A stretch of 64,000 bases of DNA from the NCBI GenBank assembly GCA_028279705.1, contig JANQNF010000046.1, positions 17,019 to 81,018 on the forward strand, written 5' to 3'. Both the position numbers and the translations under genes were made by a program. Below, one piece after another: positions 1 to 10,697 of the stretch. The first letter of the stretch is position 1; each line of letters starts with the position of its first letter. Under the pieces are notes generated by a model, which was given only the letters and a program-made list of their open reading frames with translations, had not been told where the DNA came from and did no database searches. Source of the DNA: an archaeon (GTDB lineage: Archaea; Aenigmatarchaeota; Aenigmatarchaeia; QMZP01; JAFGSV01).

Positions 1-41
1 GTTAAGATTTCAGGTAAGGATAGGTTGGAGTTGGTGCGTGT

Positions 42-800
42 ATGAAAATAGGCGATATTCCAGAAGAGGAGTGGGATGGATATATCAAATACCTTGAAGA
101 TAAGATGGCGTCCTTCGATGAACTCATGAAAGAGAGAAAAGTAAGCGATGATGAAAAGATGGCACAAAGCTATGAACACTACGAAAAGATGATAAGAAAA
201 TTGATTGCTGACGGTGTTCTTACAATCAGAGACATGAATTTCATAGAAACCCATGCTAAAGAGCAGGATGCTCAAAACATACTTACACTTGCAAAAATCG
301 GCGATGAAATAGTACCATTCATAAATTCCCCGGACGTCTTCTCTGATAGAGCAAAATGCTTTCTGGCGGCGTCGCTCTATCAGGCATCTTACGAAGCCGT
401 GTTCCTTATTCTAAGAAACATATCCCTCACAATCAATGCATACCACTTCAAAGAAACGGGCAAGAAGATTAAAAGTGATAAGGATATAAGAGAGAGCACG
501 AGTGCCTGCATCAAGGTCCTCTCGACATACTATGAGAAATTCAGGGACGTTTTCGACTTCTTGAACCCGGATATACGTGGTTCCATTGCACATTGGACAT
601 GGGCCATATTGGACGAAGGGAAGACGCTGCACTTTAAGCGTGGAAACATCAAAATCGGTAAGGAGGAGCTTGGAATGTACGTGGCCCGCACCGGGATGCT
701 ACTAAACATTATATTCAACGTATCAACGAAGCTCCAGCTTGAGCGTTCCCGGGCGCTTATGAAGCAACTCGAAGATGTGCGAAGAAGAAAGAAAAAGTAA
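42..800 (+). CDS. hypothetical protein (island cargo)
   Basis: 252-aa ORF with no recognisable motif; AT-rich context inside putative integrated element. Confidence 0.45.
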   Translation: MKIGDIPEEEWDGYIKYLEDKMASFDELMKERKVSDDEKMAQSYEHYEKMIRKLIADGVLTIRDMNFIETHAKEQDAQNILTLAKIGDEIVPFINSPDVFSDRAKCFLAASLYQASYEAVFLILRNISLTINAYHFKETGKKIKSDKDIRESTSACIKVLSTYYEKFRDVFDFLNPDIRGSIAHWTWAILDEGKTLHFKRGNIKIGKEELGMYVARTGMLLNIIFNVSTKLQLERSRALMKQLEDVRRRKKK

Positions 801-818
801 TTTGTGCCCCAAAGGTTA

Positions 819-2108
819 TTAATTCACCGGACATTTGACATTTATTGTGAACTTAGTTTCACCTATCTTCGTGTCCCATATGTTGGCATCAAGTATCATG
901 AAATAGTTATCTCCATAGATACGTGGTTCGCAATCGGTGTATTTCGGGAATACGCACGTCGCTGTACAATTCTTTCTATAAACTCTTAATGGAAACCGAT
1001 TGAATGTTATTCGCATAGGCAAATCAGGAACAGTTATGTTAAATATTTCAACACCCTCGCTGTCCAATGGTTTTGTTTCGATTTCAATAAAGTTAGCTAT
1101 TAAATACTTTTTACTCTTTGTTTCAATTCTGAATTCCAATGGTACCAAAGAGTGGTTAGAGAAATTTATAATTTTATATCCGTCTTCATCTCTTATTTCT
1201 ACCGTATCCTTGAGTGACCAATTGATAAGAGAGACGGTTTTCTCATCAACGTAATCTTCATCTTCTAGATAAAGCCAATTGACCATTAAATTTGGTGTTA
1301 TTGTTAGATTAGTTCTGGTATGATTCACAGCGTATACGTACCCCTCTTCGTAATGATCGTCAATGATCTCCAAATGATATAGTACGGGTTTTCCCACTTC
1401 TATCGAGGGGAACACAAATAAAAGAGGCATTAAAATGAAGAAGGAAATTATAATTATTGCTTGGATCTTGCTATCTATGAATTCTTTAAATGTAATTTTC
1501 GTTATTTTTTCAAAAGCGTCTCCCCATTTTTTTACACCGTCCTTGTGCATGATTCCGAAAAAACTTAATGTGACAAAATCAAAAATCAACGCTATAATCC
1601 AAACGACGAATATTTGTTTTGTGAAAACCGCATAGTGGGGGTTGAAGAATGATATTATGAAGAAAGGAAGTGATAGTATGAAAAGCATCAAAAATATTGC
1701 TAAACATTTTCCTAGATTTTCTCTCAGTCCAATTTTGTAATAATAAAGTGGCTTGTTGGATTTGCGTCTAATCATGAAGAAAGTTGCAGCTAAAATTCCC
1801 TGAGTAACCAACAAAATCCAGTAGTTCGTCCCGGTTCCTATCGGTGTTCCCGAAAAGAAATTAATTACGAGTTGGATTAGTGTTCCATTTATTCGTGAGA
1901 AAAAAATCAAATATATTGTTATTGTCACCGAGAAAAGTCCGATATATGCGGCCAATGTCGAATTGTCGATCTTCTCTTTACGTCTCCTATCAGGGTTTAA
2001 TTCAAAAAATATACACGCCAATATGACGAGAGAAAGGAATAGAGTAACCGGTAGTCCCGGGACATTCAAGTATAAATCGGAAAAAATCGGAATAATGTAG
2101 TCGTTCAT
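819..2108 (-). CDS. multi-pass membrane protein with C-terminal extracytoplasmic domain
   Basis: N-terminal ~230 aa of repeated hydrophobic helices, then a soluble domain rich in N-x-S/T sites; same strand as KAP NTPase, 70 nt downstream of it. Confidence 0.55.
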   Translation of the reverse strand: MNDYIIPIFSDLYLNVPGLPVTLFLSLVILACIFFELNPDRRRKEKIDNSTLAAYIGLFSVTITIYLIFFSRINGTLIQLVINFFSGTPIGTGTNYWILLVTQGILAATFFMIRRKSNKPLYYYKIGLRENLGKCLAIFLMLFILSLPFFIISFFNPHYAVFTKQIFVVWIIALIFDFVTLSFFGIMHKDGVKKWGDAFEKITKITFKEFIDSKIQAIIIISFFILMPLLFVFPSIEVGKPVLYHLEIIDDHYEEGYVYAVNHTRTNLTITPNLMVNWLYLEDEDYVDEKTVSLINWSLKDTVEIRDEDGYKIINFSNHSLVPLEFRIETKSKKYLIANFIEIETKPLDSEGVEIFNITVPDLPMRITFNRFPLRVYRKNCTATCVFPKYTDCEPRIYGDNYFMILDANIWDTKIGETKFTINVKCPVN

Positions 2109-2178
2109 TTTTATTAGAAGTGAAAGAGTGTTTTTATTGTTACGTTTAAACGCGGCAATTTAACGGTAAATGTCAAGA

Positions 2179-5100
2179 TCAGGTTTTCTTTTCAGAAGAC
2201 TTTTGGTGAGAATTGACAACTTCTGTAAGAAGTCTCCTGATTTCTTCATTGCCTTCATTGGCTATTCTAGAACGAATTTCATCAAAATATTTTTTGTATT
2301 TCTTTGGGAGTTTCAACGACGTTAAAGATGAAACTCCGAGCCTTATGGCGTCGGGATCCGAACCCACTTTCAATAAGTTTTCAACTATCATGTGAATGTA
2401 GTTGTCCTTCAAATCATCCGTTAATGTCCCCCAATTTAAGACAATACTTCTTAGACTATATTCGTGATCAGGTGTGATAAGGTTTCTCTGTGATATTGTT
2501 TTCAGTGTCTCCTGTGCAATATCTTGCTTTTCCGTTTTTGTTATGTAACTTTTTGCACCCTCGAGAATTTCGTATCCAAGTCTTTGTGAATTCGGGTCAT
2601 TGGAAAACAAATTCTCCTTTATCTGGCTCACAAGTATTTTTTTGTTTTCTGCATCATTTCCGCATTTCATCGCATTCACTTTCTCGTAGAATAGTTTTCT
2701 ACTTCCAACGTCAATTTGTGGTATTCTAGAAAGTATTATTGAAATTGCACGTTTTTTATCTATTTGTGACCTGAATGATGCGCTTTCGAGCAGCTTGATT
2801 AATCTCTCATAGTTATTAGAATTTATGACCGCAGTGAAAATACTCATTCTGTTTTCGGTGTTTGAAATTTCCCATAATGCTTTGAAGAAGTCTTCAGCTT
2901 GTACACATCTATTGTTGATTGCGCCCGCGAATTTTGCTATAATATTCTGTTTATAATTAGGTATATTTTCAAAGACGTATTTTATATCATCCACAGAACC
3001 AACATTGTTAAAGAAGTTGGTTATAGAATCAATTGCACCACCGTTTTTGATACCAAGTATTGATACCATTGAAATGATTGGTGGCAGGAAGTATCTCTTT
3101 TCCGACCATGAATCGATCTTGTTGACACCTTCTACCAGATTTCCTAATAAAGCTTCAAGATTTATTCCTTCTTTTTCATCATCTATATGAATTTCACATT
3201 CGTTCAGAAATTTCTGTATTAATTCTGTTAAATTCCTTTTTTGATTTCTCATCGGTTTTAAATTTTCGTATTTTAGAAGTTCAACAAATTTTTTGATTAT
3301 TTCAATCGGAATATGTTTACTGACATTCAATTTTAACTTCAAGAACAAATCAACTTTTGAATTAAGTACTTCTATATTTTCCACGTCATTTTCAGAAATC
3401 GTTTGAACAAATTTGGAAACGGTCGCATCTGTAATAAAGTATTTTTGAGCTTCTTCGTTGTCTCTGAAAAGACTCATTATATTAATATTAGAATAGTAAA
3501 CTTCTGACATGGCATTTGCTATAGCGGATCTTTCTTTTTCGAAGAGTTGAACATTTTTGATAATCTCTGCGAATAGACTTTCTGCCCACTCATTACTTAC
3601 CTCTATAATCTTAGTTTCTTGTTTTTGCTGTTTCAATATTTCTGCACACATCTTCACAATTTTTGGTACCAGTAGCTTATCACATTTGTATATTATTTGA
3701 TTGAACAATAATGGGGGTTCTATGAATTGTATGTTTTCTCTATTAGAGTTGAAATATCCCGCGATTTTGTTATAGAAATTGATGTTTTCAGGCTCAATCT
3801 GGTACTTTTCTAGTGCGGGGAGAATGGATAGTATTACATTAAGTTGCGGTAATGTCCTCCTTTTATTATCATCTAAGGTACGCTCAACAAATGATAATAA
3901 ATTTTTCACACCTTCTGAATTTCCACGCAGTTTCAGTATTTCGCTATCGACAACTTCTTTCTTATTGTCAACAAGTGCGTTTTTTATCTCTTCCGCGTTT
4001 TCTAAATTCAATTCATCACTTGACTGTTTTAGATATATGAACGGTTTTATACGACTAATATTTTTTCTCGGTATTGACATGGTTGAAACAAGAAAATCCT
4101 TTAAATGCGGTTTATAATCTTCGAGAATATCTTTTTCCTCTTTCTCTTTTTGACCCTCACCAAATCTGCTAATTTCCGAAGAGTCCAAATTATCCCTCTT
4201 CATTTTTTCATAAGCTTTTGGATACTTATTCTCCAATATCAGAAGCTTTGTTAGAAAACTCACATCATTTGTTACTGCACCTTTTGGTACAATCAACCCA
4301 CATTCTTCTCTTTTTTTGGCAAGCATATAGCGGGATAACAAAGTATTGATGAATTGTTTTATTTCTCGTGGGTTGTTTCTGAATGCAGCTGTTATCACAA
4401 ATGCGACATTTCGATTATCAATTTCTTTAATTCCCGTCTCCTTCAGCAGAAATTCTGTGTAGGTTTGAAGATCCGTGTCGAGGAATTCTGGTATTCTTAA
4501 ATATGTATTAAAAAACTTGCGCAGAAATTCGTCAGCATCAAATCCTTCGCCTCTAATACCTTCTGTTTTGTAAATGTTTTGAAGATGATCTCTTATTGCA
4601 TCATCATCACACGGGATTATGAATGTGCATGATGCACGTTCTTTAGGGACTTCTAAGAATGTTTTTATTGTAGAGAGTAACTCTATAGCCTTCTCATGGT
4701 AGCATCGGTCCAAATTGTCTATTATTATGACTATCCTTTTCTTACCAATTTTCTTGACAATTTCTTCGAATTTCTTCTCAAATTGTTCAGGACTTTCTAT
4801 AGATTTTTTAGAAGTAGTCCGCTGGTCGGTTACAATCAAATGTCTTGATTCGCTAATTATTACCAGAAGCATAGGAATTATCAATGATTCCAGAAGAATC
4901 TCATTGATCCCCAAAATAGCCCTTTCAGAACCCCTGGAGAAAAAAAGTACAACTAATGTAATAACATAAGAGATGATAAGAAAAGGTAACATTCTCAAAA
5001 TGCTACTGAAACTAAACCTACTTTCACCTTCTGATGTCACAGATATCGTATTGTAAAAGTCATCTTCTAATTTGTATTCACGTTTAATTATTTTTTGCTT

Positions 5101-5406
5101 TTTCAGTTCATCCACTAGTGTTTCTAGAAAAGTGCGTCTTAGAGCATCCTTTTCATATTTCCAAACATCAAATTTGACAACAACGAAGTTCGATTTCTTC
5201 AACTTTCTTTCTAAGAAGTTACTTATTGTACTTTTACCAGCTCCCCACTTACCAAAAATTCCTATTGTGAAAGGTGTCGGTGATGTTTCAACAACCTTCT
5301 TTACGGTCTCTGAAATTCCTTCACAGTCGAATTTATCATTTTTTATCTCCTCACACTTCAGTGGCTGGTCGGAGAGAAAATTGATAGTTTTTTTCGACTT
5401 CACCAT
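2179..5406 (-). CDS. KAP-family P-loop NTPase (1075 aa) with long C-terminal helical-repeat region
   Basis: Walker A GIFGKWGAGKST, KAP motif FDVWKYE, two TM helices inserted in the NTPase core (LPFLIISYVITLVVLFF and LIIPMLLVIISES), Walker B IIIDNLDRC, IPCDDD. Confidence 0.85.
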   Translation of the reverse strand: MVKSKKTINFLSDQPLKCEEIKNDKFDCEGISETVKKVVETSPTPFTIGIFGKWGAGKSTISNFLERKLKKSNFVVVKFDVWKYEKDALRRTFLETLVDELKKQKIIKREYKLEDDFYNTISVTSEGESRFSFSSILRMLPFLIISYVITLVVLFFSRGSERAILGINEILLESLIIPMLLVIISESRHLIVTDQRTTSKKSIESPEQFEKKFEEIVKKIGKKRIVIIIDNLDRCYHEKAIELLSTIKTFLEVPKERASCTFIIPCDDDAIRDHLQNIYKTEGIRGEGFDADEFLRKFFNTYLRIPEFLDTDLQTYTEFLLKETGIKEIDNRNVAFVITAAFRNNPREIKQFINTLLSRYMLAKKREECGLIVPKGAVTNDVSFLTKLLILENKYPKAYEKMKRDNLDSSEISRFGEGQKEKEEKDILEDYKPHLKDFLVSTMSIPRKNISRIKPFIYLKQSSDELNLENAEEIKNALVDNKKEVVDSEILKLRGNSEGVKNLLSFVERTLDDNKRRTLPQLNVILSILPALEKYQIEPENINFYNKIAGYFNSNRENIQFIEPPLLFNQIIYKCDKLLVPKIVKMCAEILKQQKQETKIIEVSNEWAESLFAEIIKNVQLFEKERSAIANAMSEVYYSNINIMSLFRDNEEAQKYFITDATVSKFVQTISENDVENIEVLNSKVDLFLKLKLNVSKHIPIEIIKKFVELLKYENLKPMRNQKRNLTELIQKFLNECEIHIDDEKEGINLEALLGNLVEGVNKIDSWSEKRYFLPPIISMVSILGIKNGGAIDSITNFFNNVGSVDDIKYVFENIPNYKQNIIAKFAGAINNRCVQAEDFFKALWEISNTENRMSIFTAVINSNNYERLIKLLESASFRSQIDKKRAISIILSRIPQIDVGSRKLFYEKVNAMKCGNDAENKKILVSQIKENLFSNDPNSQRLGYEILEGAKSYITKTEKQDIAQETLKTISQRNLITPDHEYSLRSIVLNWGTLTDDLKDNYIHMIVENLLKVGSDPDAIRLGVSSLTSLKLPKKYKKYFDEIRSRIANEGNEEIRRLLTEVVNSHQKSSEKKT

Positions 5407-5463
5407 AAGCGTAATTTATTAAGAAGGAATAAAAAACTAGGTTTAAACAACGATGCGGTGAAA

Positions 5464-6825
5464 TCAAGAATTTCCATATCTAGATAAGTATTCAGCCCAT
5501 AAACCCGGGCATCTATTTTCTGACGAATAGTTAATTCTAACGCTGTTAGGTGAAACAGAAGATGCGGGGACAGTATGTTGTATTAGAAGAGTTTTAGTTT
5601 CTTTGGGATCAAGATCTAGTTTAACGCAGAATTCTGTATCTCCATAGCATTCTTTTATTCTGTTGAGTTCTATTCCATCCAAACAAACGAGATAGTCTTC
5701 TTGAACGTGGACTCTGAAACCTCTTATTGGTAAATCATTCATATTTTTTATTCTATCTTCGCTTATGTGATAGTCAAGATTTGGGTCCTCTTTATATCTC
5801 GTATTTGTGGCATAACCTAGCAACTGTCCGTATCTCGCTATATTATATTCATGATCTGGTGAGACGCTTTGGTGATTCCACCAACGGTGATTTGGGTAGG
5901 CCAAATTTGACATTTCAATATCGGCCTTTTCCATTATGTAAATATTAAAGTTGACTTCCTTTGTAGAAAAGAAACCAGTGTCCAAGCTTACTCTAAGCTT
6001 ACCGTTACTGTCTTCTAAATCTATGTTTGTACTGCGGTTGAAATATTTGGTTGGAATTTTAATATAGGGATTATGTTCGTAAAGGGAACCGATTAGGTAT
6101 ACCTTCTGACTAGGATACCAAATTAGGTCATCTTCAAATGGTGAAAAATAGCCCGGAACTTTCAAATCTATATTATTGCCAAAAAAAGGTGCGACGGGAG
6201 CCTCTATCTTATAAGAAACCCTATGCACTGTGTAATATTCCCTGCCATCTTCAAAGAACTGTACATAAAGTGGTGTAATTTGCATATCGGACAATCTCGG
6301 TGTAAACAGTGGCTGAACTAATTGGTTTGATATTATTCCCGTAATTATCAAACCAGAAAAGAACGCGACTATTTTCAGCTTATCCTTGCTGTTTACTGTG
6401 AATAATGCGCATAATACGACAATCAAGAAAATAACGCGAATTATTATATCGATTTCCCAGACAATAGCTATTATTAATGATAACAAGAAAATAGCTATCC
6501 TGACCAGAGGCAATGAATTAGCAATTTCCTTCACGTCTCTTTTTTTGTTCGATTTTCTAGATTTATCTGGGATTTCTTTCGGGTTCAGTTTCCAAGATCT
6601 AAATGCGAACCAGCACAGAAAGAGGAATGTGAAAAATAATACAATGACCCAGAATATAAAATGGGCTATGAAATTCAAGTATCCCAATGGGTCTTTGGGA
6701 ACACCTCCACTTGCCATTAAAACTACTAAACCGGAAAAAAGACCCGCATAGACACTAATAACAAAATTTCTAATCCATGACTCATTATTTTTGAAAAAAT
6801 CCCCCAATATATTTACTAAGTCCAT
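5464..6825 (-). CDS. multi-pass membrane protein with large C-terminal domain
   Basis: N-terminal TM helices (VISVYAGLFSGLVVLMASG, FIFWVIVLFFTFLFLCWFAF, etc.); directly upstream of and co-oriented with the KAP NTPase. Confidence 0.55.
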   Translation of the reverse strand: MDLVNILGDFFKNNESWIRNFVISVYAGLFSGLVVLMASGGVPKDPLGYLNFIAHFIFWVIVLFFTFLFLCWFAFRSWKLNPKEIPDKSRKSNKKRDVKEIANSLPLVRIAIFLLSLIIAIVWEIDIIIRVIFLIVVLCALFTVNSKDKLKIVAFFSGLIITGIISNQLVQPLFTPRLSDMQITPLYVQFFEDGREYYTVHRVSYKIEAPVAPFFGNNIDLKVPGYFSPFEDDLIWYPSQKVYLIGSLYEHNPYIKIPTKYFNRSTNIDLEDSNGKLRVSLDTGFFSTKEVNFNIYIMEKADIEMSNLAYPNHRWWNHQSVSPDHEYNIARYGQLLGYATNTRYKEDPNLDYHISEDRIKNMNDLPIRGFRVHVQEDYLVCLDGIELNRIKECYGDTEFCVKLDLDPKETKTLLIQHTVPASSVSPNSVRINYSSENRCPGLWAEYLSRYGNS

Positions 6826-6935
6826 AACTCAAAACCGTAATAATTTCTAAATTAAAGGTGTATAGAAGAGTTAAAAGTCTATGTTTAACCGTTGAAAGTC
6901 TGTAGATAAATATATTTCGTTCATTTCACCTGAAT

Positions 6936-7196
6936 TCACATCGAATCCTTCTTAATATCTGAGAACACTTCCTTCCCTTTATCTGTTAGAGCATATATTT
7001 TTCCCATTCTCGATGAAGGTGTTAGACATCCTATAAGATTTCTACTTTCGAGTTGCTTTAGTGTCCTACTAACTTGTGTTGTACTGGCATTGAGATTCTT
7101 GGCTATTTGTGATGGTGACTTTTTACTCTCAAGCTGCATGAAAACATTTTTTCTAAATTTGCCGCTCACTACAAAACTGTAGTTTTCTATGTTCAT
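6936..7196 (-). CDS. small winged-helix transcriptional regulator
   Basis: 86 aa; HTH-like segment SPSQIAKNLNASTTQVSRTLKQLESRNLI. Confidence 0.45.
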   Translation of the reverse strand: MNIENYSFVVSGKFRKNVFMQLESKKSPSQIAKNLNASTTQVSRTLKQLESRNLIGCLTPSSRMGKIYALTDKGKEVFSDIKKDSM

Positions 7197-7282
7197 ATTT
7201 AATTCGATTAAGAAACTATAAACTTACCATTAACGAACATATAGAGAACAAATAGAGTACATTTATAAATAATAGATATGAA

Positions 7283-7507
7283 ATGATCATAATGGAAAGA
7301 AGAAAACAAGAAGAGATTGCAGTCTATATATTCTTGGGTGCCTTTTTCGGTATGTTTATTTGGAGCATCATCGGAAGAGCTGTAACACTATTCACAGTGT
7401 TTTTAGTTGCGTATTGGGTAATCAGTAAGAAAAGCCCGGTGTTTGGTTTGGTGGCAGGTTTTGCTACTGGTATGATTATTGGGACATTTGCTAACGCAGC
7501 TTTTTAA
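7283..7507 (+). CDS. small 2-TM membrane protein
   Basis: 74 aa, two hydrophobic helices. Confidence 0.3.
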   Translation: MIIMERRKQEEIAVYIFLGAFFGMFIWSIIGRAVTLFTVFLVAYWVISKKSPVFGLVAGFATGMIIGTFANAAF

Positions 7508-7532
7508 CAAGTGAAACGTTTAATCCAAGTCA

Positions 7533-8402
7533 CTAGTAGTTCATACACTGGTCTTTTCTATATGGTTTCAGAGAGTAAAAGCGGTAGTCTTGGCCACCCA
7601 AACAATCGATTTCACGGCTTCCTAAAAGTCTAAACGATTCATGATAACCACTTTCGAAAGCATCCTGTAAAGATTTATGCTTTTTGACATCTATGACAAA
7701 ATTACTCAGTGGTAAATATTCTGTTATTTCACCAAGTGAATTTTTGCATACTATGGTAAGCTCCAGATTAACAAAATCGATACCATTGTCAGTCATTATT
7801 TTCGTGAGATCCTCGAACTTATCGATTCTGCGACCATAAGGTCCATCCTTTCTATCAAAATACCTCTTCTTTTCACGGTAGTGAATGAAATATTTAGGAA
7901 TGATGTCAAATTTTACCATCTCAGAAGATTTTAAAACTGTATTATAGTAACCGCTCCTCTCTGGATATGCAACCCAGCCGTTTTCACATATTCTGTTTTT
8001 CTGACCCTTGAAATTATCAAATAGAGTCTTAGGTTCGAATCCCCATTCTACTGATGCATGAAGCTTATCATTTTTCATTAAGTAGTCATTTATTTTCAGT
8101 CTTGATGTTGAAAAATTAGAGTAGACCCCTATCGAATATGCATCACCATTCCCAGCATTTTTCAATTTGAAGCTGACACGATTTTTTACAAATTTTATAT
8201 CTTTGACTTCCAAAAATGGATTCGATGACGCGTGATGAATTTCAGCCTGCCTTCTTATTAATTCCGCTTGTACATTACTCGTTTTTGCCAATTTCCATGT
8301 GAATAAAGCTAACATGATCGTTCCTAATGAAACTCCCATGTTGACCATGAGACTCAAGCCTGTCGGAGATAATCCAATTGAAGCTAGCAGAGATTCGAAC
8401 AT
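7533..8402 (-). CDS. membrane-anchored hypothetical protein
   Basis: 289 aa, N-terminal TM anchor then soluble domain; no motif recognised. Confidence 0.5.
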   Translation of the reverse strand: MFESLLASIGLSPTGLSLMVNMGVSLGTIMLALFTWKLAKTSNVQAELIRRQAEIHHASSNPFLEVKDIKFVKNRVSFKLKNAGNGDAYSIGVYSNFSTSRLKINDYLMKNDKLHASVEWGFEPKTLFDNFKGQKNRICENGWVAYPERSGYYNTVLKSSEMVKFDIIPKYFIHYREKKRYFDRKDGPYGRRIDKFEDLTKIMTDNGIDFVNLELTIVCKNSLGEITEYLPLSNFVIDVKKHKSLQDAFESGYHESFRLLGSREIDCLGGQDYRFYSLKPYRKDQCMNY

Positions 8403-8649
8403 GAGTATGATTTGAGTTCGTGTTTAATAACATTACGATCTCGTTATATAGTCAATAAGCTAAACTAATATAGAAAGCGCTAGAACTACTACTACGCCTT
8501 TTACTTGAAACAAAAGCGATATCTTGCACCTCCTTTGAAACCTACCATTTATAAGTAGTTTTTGTCATTTTTTGTAAAAATAGCTACGTCAAAAGCGATA
8601 TCTATCAAACCTGTCTGGAAAATGGAAAACACTGAAAATTTGCGTATTT

Positions 8650-9888
8650 CTATCCTATGTACGGTGTCTCAACATTTTCAGGGATCTGTATTTGTGCGTA
8701 GAATAAATCAAGCAGCGCTAATATGGCTCTGGAATTGGCTTCTATCGCCTTTTCATTACTTTCGTGCATTTCATATATTTTATGTGATGTGATCGGTCTA
8801 TCCTTGACACTGTTAAACAGTTCTTGTATGACCACACTATTTCTTATTGCGTCCTTACCGATGGTTTCCAGTTCTTCGAGGTTAAGGCTATTGTCTATAG
8901 TTAACCACAATCCTTCTTCATCATAGACCTCTAATTTCTCTTTCCTTCTTAGGTAGTCCTTTGCCAGAGCATTCTTGACGAGCGCGCAATGAGAGCTTGA
9001 AATTCTGAATCTGTAACCCTTCCCAATCTTGAATATGCCCGGCTGACATTTCAGCTTGTTTTCGAGTTTCTTTATTATATAGATTATCCTCGAAGTGGCG
9101 CTGACTAGCGCTTTTGGGGCTGTATCAGCATACCAGCTATTTGGGAGGTAAATCACTATGGTTTTGTCATAGAGCATTATTGTCTTGACATCAGCAATAG
9201 ATATGCGCTGGCCATGTTGTATAGGTTCAAATGGCACTTTTGCTCTTTTCAGAAACACAACCCTTTTAATCCACCACTTCATGAGACTTTTCTTAATTTT
9301 CAACACGACACGACAGTCATGTAGTCTCACGGTGTCACTTTTCAAACATTTGGGATGGGTGTGCGCCATAGTCACACGGTGTTCTTTTTTCAACCTTGTT
9401 ATTTCAGCTTCTGACTGTTCAACACCGACTATTTCCCATGTTCCATAGCCAACATTTCTAACCAAATCCAGCTTCTTGAGAAGACCTGTATGGTATTTCA
9501 CCACATTTTCTTTCAGTGTATTTTTCTTCCAGAGTTCGGAAGGGGATCCGCCATTCTTTATGTGTTCATATACGGTAAAGGTAGAATTCGACGTTCTTTG
9601 TTTTGTTGGATGTTCGGAATTGGAATTCTCAGAGATGTATAGACCACGATTTGCGCTTGTTATATTGTTACAGCTTGAGATGAGTTTCTTGGTTTTCTCC
9701 TTAGAGAGGTGAAGTTGTTGCGACGCTGCTTTGAAAAAGTCACTTCTTCGGACAAATAAACCACGCTTTGTTGCTTTCTTGGACTCTTTTGGGATTGCAT
9801 CCAAAATCAAAGATACTATGTAGTCATTACCCGATGGTTCATTTAAGCTTCTACGTTGAAGACGTTTTATGGTGTTCGTTCCTAACAC
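8650..9888 (-). CDS. hypothetical protein (island cargo, 412 aa)
   Basis: Long ORF with no recognised catalytic motif. Confidence 0.5.
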   Translation of the reverse strand: MLGTNTIKRLQRRSLNEPSGNDYIVSLILDAIPKESKKATKRGLFVRRSDFFKAASQQLHLSKEKTKKLISSCNNITSANRGLYISENSNSEHPTKQRTSNSTFTVYEHIKNGGSPSELWKKNTLKENVVKYHTGLLKKLDLVRNVGYGTWEIVGVEQSEAEITRLKKEHRVTMAHTHPKCLKSDTVRLHDCRVVLKIKKSLMKWWIKRVVFLKRAKVPFEPIQHGQRISIADVKTIMLYDKTIVIYLPNSWYADTAPKALVSATSRIIYIIKKLENKLKCQPGIFKIGKGYRFRISSSHCALVKNALAKDYLRRKEKLEVYDEEGLWLTIDNSLNLEELETIGKDAIRNSVVIQELFNSVKDRPITSHKIYEMHESNEKAIEANSRAILALLDLFYAQIQIPENVETPYIG

Positions 9889-9963
9889 CTCCCTTGGCCG
9901 GGTCTTTATTGGCCCGGTCGAGTTCCCATTTTACGCAAATACGAATGATATCATCAATCTTCA

Positions 9964-10110
9964 CTAGATCCCCTCCCTCCATACACGGTCAATTATCCTT
10001 CTCATAGCTTCGCTACGTGAGGTGGCGCCTATGTTCGCTCTTACGTCATCCAGCTTCTTCTTGTCCATATCGGTTAACGCGAAAGTCGAGTTCTTCGTTA
10101 CTCTTGTCAT
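9964..10110 (-). CDS. small ribbon-helix-helix-like protein (48 aa, not in ORF track)
   Basis: Hand translation: MTRVTKNSTFALTDMDKKKLDDVRANIGATSRSEAMRRIIDRVWREGI; sits just upstream of the 412-aa gene. Confidence 0.3.
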   Translation of the reverse strand: MTRVTKNSTFALTDMDKKKLDDVRANIGATSRSEAMRRIIDRVWREGI

Positions 10111-10148
10111 GATTTTTATTCAAATCGAAAACTACATATTTCCTTTTT

Positions 10149-10697
10149 TTGCATCGATGCAAAATATTCAAAAAGCTGAATAGTACATTAAGTAGTATGT
10201 TAAGTGAAAAGAACCAAATGTTACTAATCGAATTCTATAAGTCGAAGGTTTCGAGTAAACCGGTTCCGGAGTTTATAGCCATGCGAAAAGAACTTGAGAA
10301 ATTGAATGTTTATCACGGAACTTCTTTATCCAATGTCCTTAAGAAATTCAAAGAAATGGGCCTTGTCGAAATCAAAACATGGAAGCAATTGAAAGATGAA
10401 ACGGGATTAAACAAACTGGTTGATAGAGATGCAGTCAGAAAGTCGAGAAAGGATGCCAGAAGTTTGAAAGTTCTAATGAAAAGGAAGTATAAAGAACATG
10501 TTGAAAAAAATAAGAAAATTTCAGAGGAAAACAAATTAGAAAATGAATACAAAAACGCTATCATAAAAGCCAATGAACTTATGGAAAACGTTTTCTATAT
10601 TCATGGTAATGATCCAAAAGAAAAGAACGTATTGTTGACAAAGAAAGGGATATCAGTAGCCGAAAAACTATGCGAACTTCAGAAGCTACTTGACTAG
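10149..10697 (+). CDS. hypothetical protein, possible DNA-binding
   Basis: 182 aa, Lys-rich and coiled-coil-like; overlaps the integrase stop. Confidence 0.4.
   Translation: MHRCKIFKKLNSTLSSMLSEKNQMLLIEFYKSKVSSKPVPEFIAMRKELEKLNVYHGTSLSNVLKKFKEMGLVEIKTWKQLKDETGLNKLVDRDAVRKSRKDARSLKVLMKRKYKEHVEKNKKISEENKLENEYKNAIIKANELMENVFYIHGNDPKEKNVLLTKKGISVAEKLCELQKLLD

Noticed and set aside
553-572. 8-nt match (ttgaaccc) to the tRNA-Ser T-arm, considered as the second att site of the island
   Set aside because: Match too short and flanks unrelated; no convincing direct repeat of the tRNA 3' end found in 1..11900.
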